Shown here: piece after piece, positions 9,749 through 19,019 of the stretch | How the letters are laid out: every line of letters starts with the position of its first letter | Numbering within the stretch: position 1 is the stretch's first letter | NCBI GenBank assembly: GCA_964613815.1 | Contig: CAZTKG010000001.1 | Location: forward strand, 136,895 to 200,894 | Direction: 5' to 3' | Length of the DNA: 64,000 bases | Source: an uncultured Gammaproteobacteria bacterium | GTDB taxonomy: Bacteria > Patescibacteriota > Patescibacteriia > UBA9934 | Made by a program: the position numbers and the translations under genes | Notes under the pieces: generated by a model | The model's input: the letters and a program-made list of their open reading frames with translations, nothing else | The model's database searches: none | What the model was told of the DNA's origin: nothing

Positions 9749-11020
9749 TTACTGGCGTTTTTTCTTTTCTTCTTTGACGCGTCTTTTGATTGATCGCGAC
9801 AGCGTAACCTCTCCTTTCTTCTTGATCATACCACTCTTGGGAAGCGTGAACCAAAAGGTTGTCCCCTTCCCCATCGTTGAGGAAAAGCCGATTTCTCCGC
9901 CGGATGAGTCGACGATTGCTTTTGTGATGTAGAGACCGAGGCCGTTGCCGTCTGTGACGGAGCTTACGGCGTTGTCTGCGCGGAAGAATTTGGAGAAAAT
10001 GCGTTCTTGTTGTTCGTCTGGAATCCCGAGGCCGTCGTCGGTGATTTTAATTTTGATCATGTCGTTTGTTTGCGAGGATGCAATAGTGACATGTCCGCCT
10101 TCTGGCGTGTACTTGAGCGCGTTTGTCGTGAGGTTCATGACGACTTCGTGGATGAGGGATGGGTCTAAGTTGATTTGCGGGATTGTCTCGTCCTCTTCTA
10201 ACTTTACGTTTTGCTTCTTTTTTTCAATAAGCGCCTTTACGTCTTCTATCACTCCTCCAATAATCTCGCCCAGCGCTGTTGGGACAGGGTTTACCTGAAT
10301 TCTTCCGGACTCGATACGAGATACGTCGAGTAATGACCGAACGAGGCCTGCCATTCTATCTAATGACTTGGACATTTCTTTGATGTAGTCACCTTGCTCC
10401 TCGTTGAGTTTTCCCGCGTCTCCGTCGAGAAGCATCTCTGCATACCAACGAATTGAACTGAGCGGGGTGCGGAGCTGATGAGAGGCGACAGAGATGAATT
10501 CGCTTTTCATTTTGTCGATCGCTCGTTCGCGGCCGACGTCTCGAAAGACGACGATTGCGCCTTCGATTTCGCCGTGGACGACAAGCGGCGCTGCGGTGAC
10601 GTCGACCTCGATCTTGTGACCATCTGCATGATCAAATGTGAAGTCTGATGGACCTTTGACGGCAGATTTTTCCTTCATGCACTGCGTGACCGGTAGCTCG
10701 TCGGCGGAGGCGATGGACGTTCCTGCCGATCCCTGCCTGAGGAGTTCGAGTGCGGATTTACCGATAACGTCTTCGCTCACACGTCCAATGATTTTTTTGC
10801 CGGCACGGTTCATGAAGGTGATGTTTCCGTCGTGGTCTACCACGAATACCCCGTCCTCCATGGCGGCGAGGATAGCGTCGTTCTTTTGCGCCTGACGCTC
10901 CGCCTCATCTTTCTCGGCTTGGACGTCTTCTAGCACGCTCAATAATGATCGACGTGCATCTTCTGCGTACTGTTTTTCTGAGGTGACTTTGTAGTCGATT
11001 TTTTGATCTTCGCTTGGCAT
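9749..11020 (-). CDS. Cytoplasmic PAS-domain sensor histidine kinase
   Basis: PAS (ILAAMEDGVFVVDHDGNITFMN...). H-box SVASHQLRTPLSSIRWYAEML. N-box NLTTNALKYT. G1 DDGLGIP. F-box FSKFFRA. G2 GNGLGLYITK. No TM segments. Confidence 0.85.
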   Translation of the reverse strand: MPSEDQKIDYKVTSEKQYAEDARRSLLSVLEDVQAEKDEAERQAQKNDAILAAMEDGVFVVDHDGNITFMNRAGKKIIGRVSEDVIGKSALELLRQGSAGTSIASADELPVTQCMKEKSAVKGPSDFTFDHADGHKIEVDVTAAPLVVHGEIEGAIVVFRDVGRERAIDKMKSEFISVASHQLRTPLSSIRWYAEMLLDGDAGKLNEEQGDYIKEMSKSLDRMAGLVRSLLDVSRIESGRIQVNPVPTALGEIIGGVIEDVKALIEKKKQNVKLEEDETIPQINLDPSLIHEVVMNLTTNALKYTPEGGHVTIASSQTNDMIKIKITDDGLGIPDEQQERIFSKFFRADNAVSSVTDGNGLGLYITKAIVDSSGGEIGFSSTMGKGTTFWFTLPKSGMIKKKGEVTLSRSIKRRVKEEKKKRQ

Positions 11021-12477
11021 ATGTGAGAGTACTATACCATTTTCATGCCCATGACTTTCTCTCTGAGAATTGTATTCGTGCTAAGATCATTGCAAAGAAA
11101 ATCTTGCCTGTGGACAACTTGCTTCGGAACTTGATCAAGGAGGAACATGTACGTATTGAGGGTACGGCGAATTGTATTGCGAGCGAATCATACCCCTCGC
11201 AGGATGTTATTGATGCTGCGGCAAACGTGTTTACGGCGAAATATCAGATGGGCCTTCCCTACTCACGTGATGAGGATGGCGCGATTGATCGGTCGCGGCC
11301 GAGCCGTCTGTATGCAGGGACGCGCGTTTATGATCAGGTTGAGCTTCGAGCGATTGATGAATTGTTGAAGCTGTTTGGCTTGCGGGAGCTTGGGGATAGT
11401 TGGGCGAGCGTACAACCACTGTCTGGATCTCATGCGAATCTTTCTGTTTACCATGCGTTTTTGGGACGTGATGTTCGCGCTGTTGGATTTAATGCTGACC
11501 ATGGTGGACACTTCTCTCATGGAGACTCGCGATCGATCACGCAGCTTTCGGCAAATTGGGTGCAGTACGGAGTGACTTCATCTGGCCATATTGATTACGA
11601 TCAGATTGAAACGCTTTGTAAGCACTATCAACCTCGACTCTTGCAGGTTGGTGGCTCAACGATCGGGACGATTGTGAACTTTGAGCGCATTCGATCGATT
11701 GCTGATGCTTGTAATGTGCCGTATGTGATGGCGGACATCGCGCACACGGCAGGGCTTGTCGCGGCGCGTGTTGGGAAGTTTCAACAAGACGCGTTCGTGC
11801 CGTGGAAATGGTGTGATATTGTGACCACAACGACGCACAAAACGTTGCGTGGGATTTCTGGTGGAGCGATTCTTCTGCCGGATGGCCGGATGCTGAATTC
11901 GTGCGGGGTTTCGAATGATGCTGGACGGGTTTTGATGAATGCTGAAGTGCTTGAGGCGGCTATTTGTCCTGGCACCACGGCGAAGTCACCTGGGAATACC
12001 GTGCTCGCGAAGGCGGTCGGGTTTGCGGAAGGTCAGACGGATGCATTTCGTGATTGGGCGCAGCGCGTCGTTGATCATGCCGTTGCTATTGATAGGGCCC
12101 TGCGGCGTGAAGGCATTCCGTTGTTTGGAGTCGAGACAGAATCGCATTGTATTTTGATAGACACTGGCAGTCTCGGCTTTAGCGGTGCGCAGGTTCAGGA
12201 GGCGCTTGAAACGGCGAACATCATTACCAATGCTTGTTCACTCCCTCTTGCTGGTCATGACCTTGGCGGCGTGCGGATTGGAAGTACTGCGCTCACGTGC
12301 CGATTAGGGTTTGATGTCGATTCTGCGAATGCATTTGCGAAACTCCTTGCTCGCGCGATTAAATCTACCAACGATGAGAGCGCTCTCCGTGGTATCGGCG
12401 CTGAAGTCGTCTCTTTGATGAAACAATTTCCTATATATGGAGCAGTATCACAACATTCTCGTCCGCCAGATTCGTAA
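11014..12477 (+). CDS. glyA: Serine hydroxymethyltransferase-like PLP enzyme (divergent). The true start is probably an internal TTG/GTG near 11104-11122.
   Basis: SHMT motifs: NCIASESYPSQDVIDAAANVFTAKYQ, SVQPLSGSHANLSVYHAFL, TTTTHKTLRGISGGAILL (PLP-Lys). The annotated ATG at 11014 would overlap the divergent HK start by 7 nt. Confidence 0.7.
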   Translation: MAYVRVLYHFHAHDFLSENCIRAKIIAKKILPVDNLLRNLIKEEHVRIEGTANCIASESYPSQDVIDAAANVFTAKYQMGLPYSRDEDGAIDRSRPSRLYAGTRVYDQVELRAIDELLKLFGLRELGDSWASVQPLSGSHANLSVYHAFLGRDVRAVGFNADHGGHFSHGDSRSITQLSANWVQYGVTSSGHIDYDQIETLCKHYQPRLLQVGGSTIGTIVNFERIRSIADACNVPYVMADIAHTAGLVAARVGKFQQDAFVPWKWCDIVTTTTHKTLRGISGGAILLPDGRMLNSCGVSNDAGRVLMNAEVLEAAICPGTTAKSPGNTVLAKAVGFAEGQTDAFRDWAQRVVDHAVAIDRALRREGIPLFGVETESHCILIDTGSLGFSGAQVQEALETANIITNACSLPLAGHDLGGVRIGSTALTCRLGFDVDSANAFAKLLARAIKSTNDESALRGIGAEVVSLMKQFPIYGAVSQHSRPPDS

Positions 12478-12772
12478 GTTTTTGGCTGGAAAATCTTGTG
12501 AGCATGATCATAATGATTTTCTGGAGTCTGTTAGCGATACGTATACGCACGCGGATGAGGATCATGATTTGATTGAGCGTTCGCTTGATATTAGCTCCAA
12601 AGAATTGACGTCGATCAATGAGCAGTTGCGTGGGGAGATTAAACGGACAAAAGAGCAGGCCGATGAGTTGCGACGGCTCAATAAGGTGATGATTGGACGC
12701 GAGCTACGCATCATCGAATTAAAACAAGAAGTAAATTCACTACTTAATTCTAATAAGTATAAAGTCGAATAG
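12437..12772 (+). CDS. Coiled-coil signalling-linker-like hypothetical protein (111 aa)
   Basis: HDHNDFLESVSDTYTHADEDHDLIERSLDISSKELTSINEQL, then a heptad-rich C-terminus. Overlaps the glyA 3' end and is immediately followed by the FIST gene. Confidence 0.4.
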   Translation: MEQYHNILVRQIRKFLAGKSCEHDHNDFLESVSDTYTHADEDHDLIERSLDISSKELTSINEQLRGEIKRTKEQADELRRLNKVMIGRELRIIELKQEVNSLLNSNKYKVE

Positions 12773-12775
12773 CCT

Positions 12776-13906
12776 ATGCGTGTTGAACAAAAGCGGTGGA
12801 CCACTGATGGGTGGTCAGACGTGCGTGCGTTTGAAGGTGAGGCGAGTGCTCAGCTCGTTCTTGCGTTTGGTGGAAAAGCTGCGGTGATGGATGCGGATCG
12901 ATATAACGAGATGAAGGAGATGTATCCTGATGCGAACATTATTAGCTGCTCGACAGCTGGGGAGATTTTGGAAACGAGCGTTACAGACGATCAGATTGGA
13001 CTTGCGGCCGTCGCTTTTGACTCAACGGAGCTAAAGTTTGCTCAAGAGAGTATCGACAATGCTGATCAGAGTGAGGAGGTTGGTGCCAAGCTTGCGGGTG
13101 ATCTTGCTCCTGATGGTTTGCAGCATGTCCTTGTGTTTTCTGATGGAACGAAGGTGAATGGAACTGGGCTTGTGAAGGGACTGACAGATAATCTTCCTGA
13201 GAGTGTTTCTGTTACCGGCGGCCTTGTTGGTGACGGTGCGAACTTTAAGGAGACGGCTGTTGGGTTTAATGCTGCAGCAACACCTGGAAGTATCGTTGTT
13301 GTGGGACTTTATGGGGACTCTATTGAGGTCGGGTACGGCTCTCTTGGAGGTTGGGATCCGTTCGGCCCCGAAAGAACGATTACAAAGGCTGATGGAGGCG
13401 TACTGTTTGAGCTTGACGGTCAACCGGCGCTTAAGCTTTACAAAGAATATCTTGGTGATCAGGCGAAGGACTTGCCAGGATCTGGACTACTCTTCCCTCT
13501 TGCGCTTGAGGTTGATGGTGTGGAAGTTGTGCGGACGCTTCTTGGGGTGGATGAAGAGGCTCAGAGCATGACGTTTGCTGGAACGATGCCTGAGGGCGTG
13601 AAGGCGAAGTTGATGAAAGCGAATTTTGATCGACTTGTTGAGGGTGCGGCTGGAGCTGCTGCTTTGAATGCGGATAATATGAAAGATGGCGCTCAGCTTG
13701 GGATCTTGATTAGTTGTATTGGGCGGAAGCTTGTTTTGAAAGAGCGGATTGAGGATGAGATTGATGCGGTTCGGGAGAAGCTTGGGGAGAATGTGCCGCT
13801 GATTGGGTTTTACTCGTATGGAGAGATTTGTCCGACGAGTCCGACGGAGAAACAATGTCAGCTGCATAATCAGACGATGACGATTACGACGCTGCGGGAG
13901 AAATAA
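12776..13906 (+). CDS. FIST-domain sensory protein (FIST_N + FIST_C)
   Basis: The C-terminal GFYSYGEICP...QLHNQTMTITTL is characteristic of FIST_C. Length and lack of TM segments fit stand-alone FIST proteins. Confidence 0.7.
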   Translation: MRVEQKRWTTDGWSDVRAFEGEASAQLVLAFGGKAAVMDADRYNEMKEMYPDANIISCSTAGEILETSVTDDQIGLAAVAFDSTELKFAQESIDNADQSEEVGAKLAGDLAPDGLQHVLVFSDGTKVNGTGLVKGLTDNLPESVSVTGGLVGDGANFKETAVGFNAAATPGSIVVVGLYGDSIEVGYGSLGGWDPFGPERTITKADGGVLFELDGQPALKLYKEYLGDQAKDLPGSGLLFPLALEVDGVEVVRTLLGVDEEAQSMTFAGTMPEGVKAKLMKANFDRLVEGAAGAAALNADNMKDGAQLGILISCIGRKLVLKERIEDEIDAVREKLGENVPLIGFYSYGEICPTSPTEKQCQLHNQTMTITTLREK

Positions 13907-13907
13907 G

Positions 13908-13932
13908 AAAACGGCCTTCGGGCCGTTTTTTC
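13908..13932 (+). terminator. Rho-independent terminator after the FIST gene (AAACGGCCTTCGGGCCGTTTTTT)
   Basis: GC stem with TTCG loop, then a T-run. Confidence 0.6.
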
Positions 13933-13938
13933 TATCCA

Positions 13939-13987
13939 ACAATTTACCCTCCCATCTCGACCCTGCGGAGAGATCTCTCCATAAGGT
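13939..13987. repeat. REP-A palindromic element, short form (CTCCCATCTCGACCCTGCGGAGAGATCTCTCCATAAGGTCGAGATGGGAA)
   Basis: Inverted repeat sharing the CCCATCTCGACC...GGTCGAGATGGG arms with 14 other copies in the window. Confidence 0.85.
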
Positions 13988-14013
13988 CGAGATGGGAACG
14001 AAGGAGCTGTGTT

Positions 14014-14042
14014 CATTGTTCATAAAAAATCCTGCATATTTA
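14014..14042 (-). terminator. Rho-independent terminator downstream of the GNAT gene (ATCCTGCATATTTATGCAGGAT hairpin with flanking A/T runs)
   Basis: Perfect 9-bp stem and a T-run on the minus strand. Confidence 0.55.
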
Positions 14043-14056
14043 TGCAGGATTATGCG

Positions 14057-14596
14057 TCATGCAGCTGCGTAGAGCACGCCGCTGAGATGATCTTCGATGC
14101 GCTCTCCGTCGAGTCGTAGGACAAATCGTCGGTTGGGTTTGTAGTCGCTCTCGTACCAGATGAGACGGAATCCCATTGAACGGTAGAGCGTTCTGGCTGC
14201 CACTCTTCCTGGCTCGCTGATGAGCCTGAGGTAAGGCATGCCTCGCTCGGTGGCGAGCCTGATCAGCTCGGTCATGATGGCTCTGCCGAATTGGCGACCG
14301 CGATAGTCTGGGTGCACCAGGACATCGAAGATCTCGCCTTCTGGACTGCAGTCCTTGAGTCTGCCGCCTGCAATTGCCTCGCCGGTGGCATCGTCAACGA
14401 TCACGACCGTGGTAACCCGCCTGACTCCGGCGAATGTCTGGGCATATCGTATGCATGCCTGCCGTGCCAGCCACTCGTAGTTCTCGTGGTCCTTGTCGAG
14501 GATGAGCGCTGCGAGTTCGTGGCCGTGCTCTGCGATGAGGCGCTTGAGTAGGTGACCTGTCTCGATCTGCAGGGTGAAACCGGATGGTAGAATCAT
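14057..14596 (-). CDS. GNAT family N-acetyltransferase
   Basis: Acetyl-CoA motif VLVHPDYRGRQFGRAIM. Start taken at MILPSGF..., which is preceded by AGGAGG. The ORF track extends 6 codons further. Confidence 0.8.
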   Translation of the reverse strand: MILPSGFTLQIETGHLLKRLIAEHGHELAALILDKDHENYEWLARQACIRYAQTFAGVRRVTTVVIVDDATGEAIAGGRLKDCSPEGEIFDVLVHPDYRGRQFGRAIMTELIRLATERGMPYLRLISEPGRVAARTLYRSMGFRLIWYESDYKPNRRFVLRLDGERIEDHLSGVLYAAA

Positions 14597-14671
14597 GTTC
14601 CCTCCTTGGGACAAAGACCGTGCCCTGTTTTTTGACTTTTGTCAATAAAAAAGCACCAAGCTCAGCTTGGG

Positions 14672-15430
14672 CTAGAAACGAATGGTCGTGCGGCCACCGG
14701 TGATCACGACTCTCTTTCTCGCGACGATGTCGCTTCCGTCTGCGAGCAAAACGGTGACAACCTCTCCCTGCTCGAAGCCGATGAGTTCGACGCTGCCAGA
14801 AGTGACGAGCGTTGCGAGGACTGGCTGGAAGTTGTTGTGGAAGACAATGCTAACGATGGTGGGCGGCTTGCCGTTGACGAGGAGGCCTACGGTGTAGTTG
14901 CAGTGACGCAGGTTTTTGAGCGTCACAACCGAGTCGTCTGCTGGAGCCTTGATGCGCGCAGAGAGGCTCCGGCCACGTTTGCGGATGGTCTGCGTGGTTC
15001 TGATCTCTGGGCAGCTATGCGCGCCGGGCTGGTCTTCGAACCAGTCTTGGATGTGTTCCCAGTTTGCTCCGGTGCGATGTCTGCTTGGCACACTGCAGAT
15101 TCTTGGCTCGATCTCGACCAGGCACTTGAAGCTGTCTACTGCCTGGTCGAACCGGAGGCTGTAGAGATGCCGCTTTGCCTGCGCGAGGGCAGTGATTGCT
15201 TCTTGGCAGCGTCGCTGACTGCATCCGTCGCGACACATCAGGTGCACGAAGCTCTCTGCCTCTCCAGTTGCGATGGCGAGGATTCTGATGAGGTCTTCGT
15301 GGTTCCCCGAGCGCTGGTAGGCCTCTGCGGCACGGACTTGGCTCTTGAGAGCCGTGTGGACCACGAGCACCGGATCGTCTCCAGCTATCGCGGATGTGAG
15401 GAGTGATAAAAGAAGCAATAATACGTTCAT
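14672..15430 (-). CDS. Secreted hypothetical protein (252 aa, signal peptide)
   Basis: MNVLLLLLSLLTSAIAG signal peptide. Own promoter (TTGACA-N17-TAATCT) and AGGAG ribosome-binding site. GC-rich. Confidence 0.5.
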   Translation of the reverse strand: MNVLLLLLSLLTSAIAGDDPVLVVHTALKSQVRAAEAYQRSGNHEDLIRILAIATGEAESFVHLMCRDGCSQRRCQEAITALAQAKRHLYSLRFDQAVDSFKCLVEIEPRICSVPSRHRTGANWEHIQDWFEDQPGAHSCPEIRTTQTIRKRGRSLSARIKAPADDSVVTLKNLRHCNYTVGLLVNGKPPTIVSIVFHNNFQPVLATLVTSGSVELIGFEQGEVVTVLLADGSDIVARKRVVITGGRTTIRF

Positions 15431-15451
15431 GAACTCTCCTGTGGCGCGCTG

Positions 15452-15480
15452 AGATTAGTCTGTTTTCTTGATTTTGTCAA
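15452..15480 (-). promoter_or_regulatory. Sigma70-like promoter for 14672..15430: TTGACA-17 bp-TAATCT on the minus strand, followed by an AGGAG ribosome-binding site
   Basis: Reverse complement of 15431-15500 reads ...TTGACAaaatcaagaaaacagacTAATCT...aggagagttCATG. Confidence 0.5.
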
Positions 15481-15514
15481 GGATAAAAACAACCCGCCAG
15501 ATGGCAGGTATGAT

Positions 15515-16162
15515 CTATTCTACGCTGATGACGCCCGTCCTGAGCCCATCTTCTGTTCCAATGCAGGCGTAGTAGCCGGGGTTGCCGTGGACGATGATCT
15601 GGTGGGCGAATACCGTGCTCTTGGAGTTCCTGGGATTGCGACAGTCTCTCTCCCAGGAGTAGACGACGCGGACGCGGCCATGTGTTGAGACGATGACGAC
15701 AGCTTCTACATAGCGGTGCTGATCGCCGATGCGTTCGATGTGCCAGTCGCGGTACTTGTATGGCTCATCTTTGATAATGGTCAGCAGATCGTTTCCGATG
15801 ACCCCTCTGCGCTTTGAGCCTTCTGGGACGCATTCGCCGGACAGGGCCGGCTGTGCGCCGTAGAGGCTAGCGAGTGCCATGCTGTTATTCCCGGCCGCGT
15901 GCTCAGCGAGCATTTGCTGAAGATAGCCCTCGAGGTCGTCGGCATTCCCGAGACACTCTTGCCCGTAATTCCGGATCCATGCGCGACCGAGGCTTGCCGC
16001 TTGCTGGATCTGAGCGTTGAATCGGCTTGTGTTGTTGTCGTCCAACGCCTTCTGTGCGTTGGAATGGATTGCCACCATCTGAATAGCGAGTCTGTCACGG
16101 CGCTCTTCTGCGTCGGTCACGATGGAGGCGAGAGCGGATGAAATGAGAAATAGCCAGAACAT
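15515..16162 (-). CDS. Secreted hypothetical protein (215 aa, signal peptide)
   Basis: MFWLFLISSALASIV signal peptide. Upstream TTGACA-N17-TATCAA and AAGGAG ribosome-binding site. Confidence 0.5.
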   Translation of the reverse strand: MFWLFLISSALASIVTDAEERRDRLAIQMVAIHSNAQKALDDNNTSRFNAQIQQAASLGRAWIRNYGQECLGNADDLEGYLQQMLAEHAAGNNSMALASLYGAQPALSGECVPEGSKRRGVIGNDLLTIIKDEPYKYRDWHIERIGDQHRYVEAVVIVSTHGRVRVVYSWERDCRNPRNSKSTVFAHQIIVHGNPGYYACIGTEDGLRTGVISVE

Positions 16163-16185
16163 ATTCTCTCCTTGCGTGCGTGTCG

Positions 16186-16214
16186 TTGATACCTTGTTTT
16201 CTTCTTTTTGTCAA
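16186..16214 (-). promoter_or_regulatory. Sigma70-like promoter for 15515..16162 (TTGACA-17-TATCAA on the minus strand)
   Basis: Reverse complement of 16163-16225: ...TTGACAaaaagaagaaaacaaggTATCAA...aaggagagaatATG. Confidence 0.5.
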
Positions 16215-16234
16215 TAAAGTCCCACTCCCCACCC

Positions 16235-16312
16235 TCCCATCTCGACCTTGCGGAGAGATCTCTTCGGATGCCGGATACTGCAAGATCTCTCCGCAAGGTC
16301 GAGATGGGGGGG
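16235..16312. repeat. REP-A palindromic element
   Basis: CCCATCTCGACCTTGCGGAGAGATCT...AGATCTCTCCGCAAGGTCGAGATGGG with an about 25-nt central spacer. Confidence 0.85.
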
Positions 16313-16370
16313 ACTGGATGAGGCCTTGTATAAAAAAGAACCACGACTTGCGTGGTTTACGACGATGTCA

Positions 16371-16952
16371 TCAGAGACCGAGCATCCTGCCGATACGGAC
16401 GAAGGCGCGGTAGAAGTTGTGCTGCCGCGTGTACTGACGCGCCTTGTCGGCGTAGATGTCGCACATCACGCCCGCCGTGCACTGGCGCTCGGCGTTTGCG
16501 ATGAGGCCTGCCATCAACTCATCGAGCTCGTCGTCCATGTCGCTCTCGAGGAGATGCACAGCGAGGGTCTTGGCCTCGTTGAGGTCGACCTGGACCGAGT
16601 TGGGTTCCGCGTGTGTCCCCACGTCTTCGAGGGTCTTGATGAGGCGAGCCATGGCGTTGAAGATGTCGTCGCTGAGCACTGCGACCTCTGTCCACCTGTT
16701 GCAGATGATCATTGCAGAGGTCCCGGCGTCGACATGCTGGTCACCGTAGGCATGGTTCCAGTGCCATACCTCCCGGCAGAACCTTGCCACTTCGGCGCGC
16801 GGGCTGATGTCGGTCTGACCCTGGGCCATCATGAGTTTGGCGTCGAGGACCTGCGTGGTCATCTCCGAGAGAATCTGGTCGGTGGCGTGGCTGCACTCGG
16901 CAGCCGAGGCAGCGGCCCATGAGAGGAGGAGGGTGAAGAGGAGGTTGAGCAT
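16371..16952 (-). CDS. Secreted hypothetical protein (193 aa, signal peptide)
   Basis: MLNLLFTLLLSWAAASAAEC signal peptide. Upstream TTGACA-N17-TAACCT. Confidence 0.5.
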   Translation of the reverse strand: MLNLLFTLLLSWAAASAAECSHATDQILSEMTTQVLDAKLMMAQGQTDISPRAEVARFCREVWHWNHAYGDQHVDAGTSAMIICNRWTEVAVLSDDIFNAMARLIKTLEDVGTHAEPNSVQVDLNEAKTLAVHLLESDMDDELDELMAGLIANAERQCTAGVMCDIYADKARQYTRQHNFYRAFVRIGRMLGL

Positions 16953-17021
16953 GTGCTTCTCCGTGTTGAATGAGCGATGGAAGGTTAGCGGAAATGTTGC
17001 TTTTTGTCAATTGTTTTGTGC

Positions 17022-17048
17022 TAAAAAACAGCCGCTTTGGCTGTTTTT
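17022..17048 (-). terminator. Rho-independent terminator after the major pilin gene (AACAGCCGCTTTGGCTGTT hairpin with a T-run)
   Basis: Hairpin CAGCC-GCTTT-GGCTG flanked by A6/T6 runs. Confidence 0.6.
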
Positions 17049-17051
17049 TGC

Positions 17052-17555
17052 TTATTTCGCTACCGTGATCTCTTCCTTATTCTCACTCTCACATGACCTG
17101 ATGTGAACGATGCCCGTTGAGTCTCTTTGAAGCGTATACCCGCTTCCGTTTGGCGAGCCTGTACTCCATTCTATTGCTCCGGATCCGCTGACCGGGATGC
17201 TTCCGAGATACCCTTCTGTTTTGAGGAAGTCGAGGTTGACGCAGTGGCCTGAGCTTGTGACTGGGACGTCGCAGGTTGAGTTGCAGCCTGAGGTCATGCC
17301 GCTTGCGATCATGTAGACTTCGCCGGCGTTCAAGTTTGCGATGTTGTCGTGGTAGCTGCCGCCGTTGTCGATCTGGTCTACCTTGATAGCGTTTAGCGTT
17401 TCTACGATGTCTGCCACTCGCTTAGCGTCTCTTGCGTCTGCGAATCTTGTTGCCGGATCGAGGGCGACGAAGACGATGCCTGCAAGCGTTGCGATGATCG
17501 CGATGACGATGAGGAGCTCAATGAGCGTGAAGCCTTTTTGGTTTGATGGGTTCAT
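17052..17555 (-). CDS. Type IV pilin (major pilin-like), prepilin-type N-terminal cleavage/methylation domain
   Basis: MNPSNQKG|FTLIELLIVIAIIATLAGIVFVAL: canonical class-III signal with Gly, then F+1 and E+5. Confidence 0.8.
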   Translation of the reverse strand: MNPSNQKGFTLIELLIVIAIIATLAGIVFVALDPATRFADARDAKRVADIVETLNAIKVDQIDNGGSYHDNIANLNAGEVYMIASGMTSGCNSTCDVPVTSSGHCVNLDFLKTEGYLGSIPVSGSGAIEWSTGSPNGSGYTLQRDSTGIVHIRSCESENKEEITVAK

Positions 17556-17586
17556 ACGGGTCTATTTGATGGAAAGTATATCATGA

Positions 17587-18573
17587 CTAGAGGAAATTTG
17601 GCTCAGATTCGATCCCTTGTCGGTGTTTTTTGCGCATACCGGCGCCGATCGCTGCGAGGAATTTGTGGGTCATTTGAGGCTCTACGTCTGGGAGGGCCAT
17701 GAGGGCTCCTACCTGTTCGATGTCGGTATCGAGGATGGCGCCCTGACATGCCGCGAGCGTTTTTTCTGTTGAAGCCTCTGTTCCGGCGAGGATGAGTTTA
17801 GGAATGGTGAACTTGCGTTTTTTGAGGAAAGTCATGGTCTCGTTGACGGCGTCTGTGATCGATTTGAGCATATCTGCGTCGAGCTGGATCAGCTCCCCTG
17901 TTCCGGTATCTGTGTGAGGCCGAATAGCCATTGAGCGAGAGAAAATGGCGAGACCGTGACGATTGTAAACGACGATGTTGATCCATCTGTAGCCGATGTC
18001 AACGAGGAGATCTACTTGCGTTTCTGGGTATGCTTTAGCTGGATCGCCGAGAACTGGAAGAAGTGCCCTGTAGATTGACATGTGTGCCGGTTCTGCAAAT
18101 TCTAAGGTGATCTGTGGATTGTGGATGACGATCTGCTCGTAGGCCTGCACGATTTCTTTTTGGATCGCAAAAAGTCCAACCATTGGGGTTTCTCCGCGTT
18201 CTGGCTTGGGGACATAGACGCCCACGCTTGATTTTTGGAAGGGGATCGGAATTTTTTGCTGCGCGCGTTTTTTGAGGTCTGGAATTTGGTCCTCTACCCT
18301 CCCCTCTGCTGCGCGGAAGCTTGCGGAGAAGGCTCTTGATTCGGGGATGATGAGGGTCGCGCCTGCGGACTTTGTGGCGATTTTCCCGGATGTGAAGAGC
18401 TCGGTGACTAAGTCCGCTGCGCGTTTTGGATTGATGACACGGTCGTCGATGATGTCGCCGTGTGGAATGACGACTTCATGCAGACCCTTTAAGCTCAGCG
18501 AGGAGCTGAGATGTGCAAGGCGGACGTGATGATCTGAAATTTCGATCCCGATTCTGTCTTGAAAAAGCTTCAT
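17587..18573 (-). CDS. pilM: Type IV pilus assembly protein PilM-like (actin-like ATPase fold)
   Basis: Start taken at MKLFQDRIGIEISDHHVRLAHL (ATG 18573, ATGA-coupled to the upstream ORF). The ORF track carries a 73-aa Arg-rich extension that looks like out-of-context sequence. Length and position in the pilus operon fit PilM. Confidence 0.65.
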   Translation of the reverse strand: MKLFQDRIGIEISDHHVRLAHLSSSLSLKGLHEVVIPHGDIIDDRVINPKRAADLVTELFTSGKIATKSAGATLIIPESRAFSASFRAAEGRVEDQIPDLKKRAQQKIPIPFQKSSVGVYVPKPERGETPMVGLFAIQKEIVQAYEQIVIHNPQITLEFAEPAHMSIYRALLPVLGDPAKAYPETQVDLLVDIGYRWINIVVYNRHGLAIFSRSMAIRPHTDTGTGELIQLDADMLKSITDAVNETMTFLKKRKFTIPKLILAGTEASTEKTLAACQGAILDTDIEQVGALMALPDVEPQMTHKFLAAIGAGMRKKHRQGIESEPNFL

Positions 18574-19019
18574 AGCTCTTGCCAGGTTAGCATGCCGATA
18601 TCGCCCGACATGTTGGCGGTTATTTCTATTTCTTCTGTGTAGTTGTCGATGGTTGCCTGCGCGCGGATCGTGCATGTCCCTGCGCATGGCGCGCCGATCA
18701 CCTGCATGGTGCAATACCCTTCCCCGACCGCGAATGATCCTCCTGTGTAGTCTGGGTTGCGGTAAACGCCGAGCATTGCCTCGCGCGCGCACGTCTCTGC
18801 CATGAGTGAGGCGTAGAGCCCCTGCTTGGCATTGAGGCCCGTTTCTAGGTTTGTGGTTGCAGATATTCCCACAGCGAACATGAAGAGGAAGATGAGGGCT
18901 GTGAACGCGAAAATAGCGAGCAAGCCTGCACTGCCGCCCTGGCTAGTCTTGATCGATTGGAATGCGGATTGCTGTCTGGAATTCCTGCTCGAATTGGTAA
19001 TAAGGTCCGTTGCCTCCAT
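18570..19019 (-). CDS. Membrane protein within the pilus operon (possibly PilN/PilO/ComGG-like), hypothetical
   Basis: One TM helix (LLAIFAFTALIFLFMFAVGI) and a Cys-containing periplasmic domain. The 5' end overlaps the minor pilin gene, so the true start is probably an internal TTG near 18921. Confidence 0.4.
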   Translation of the reverse strand: MEATDLITNSSRNSRQQSAFQSIKTSQGGSAGLLAIFAFTALIFLFMFAVGISATTNLETGLNAKQGLYASLMAETCAREAMLGVYRNPDYTGGSFAVGEGYCTMQVIGAPCAGTCTIRAQATIDNYTEEIEITANMSGDIGMLTWQEL

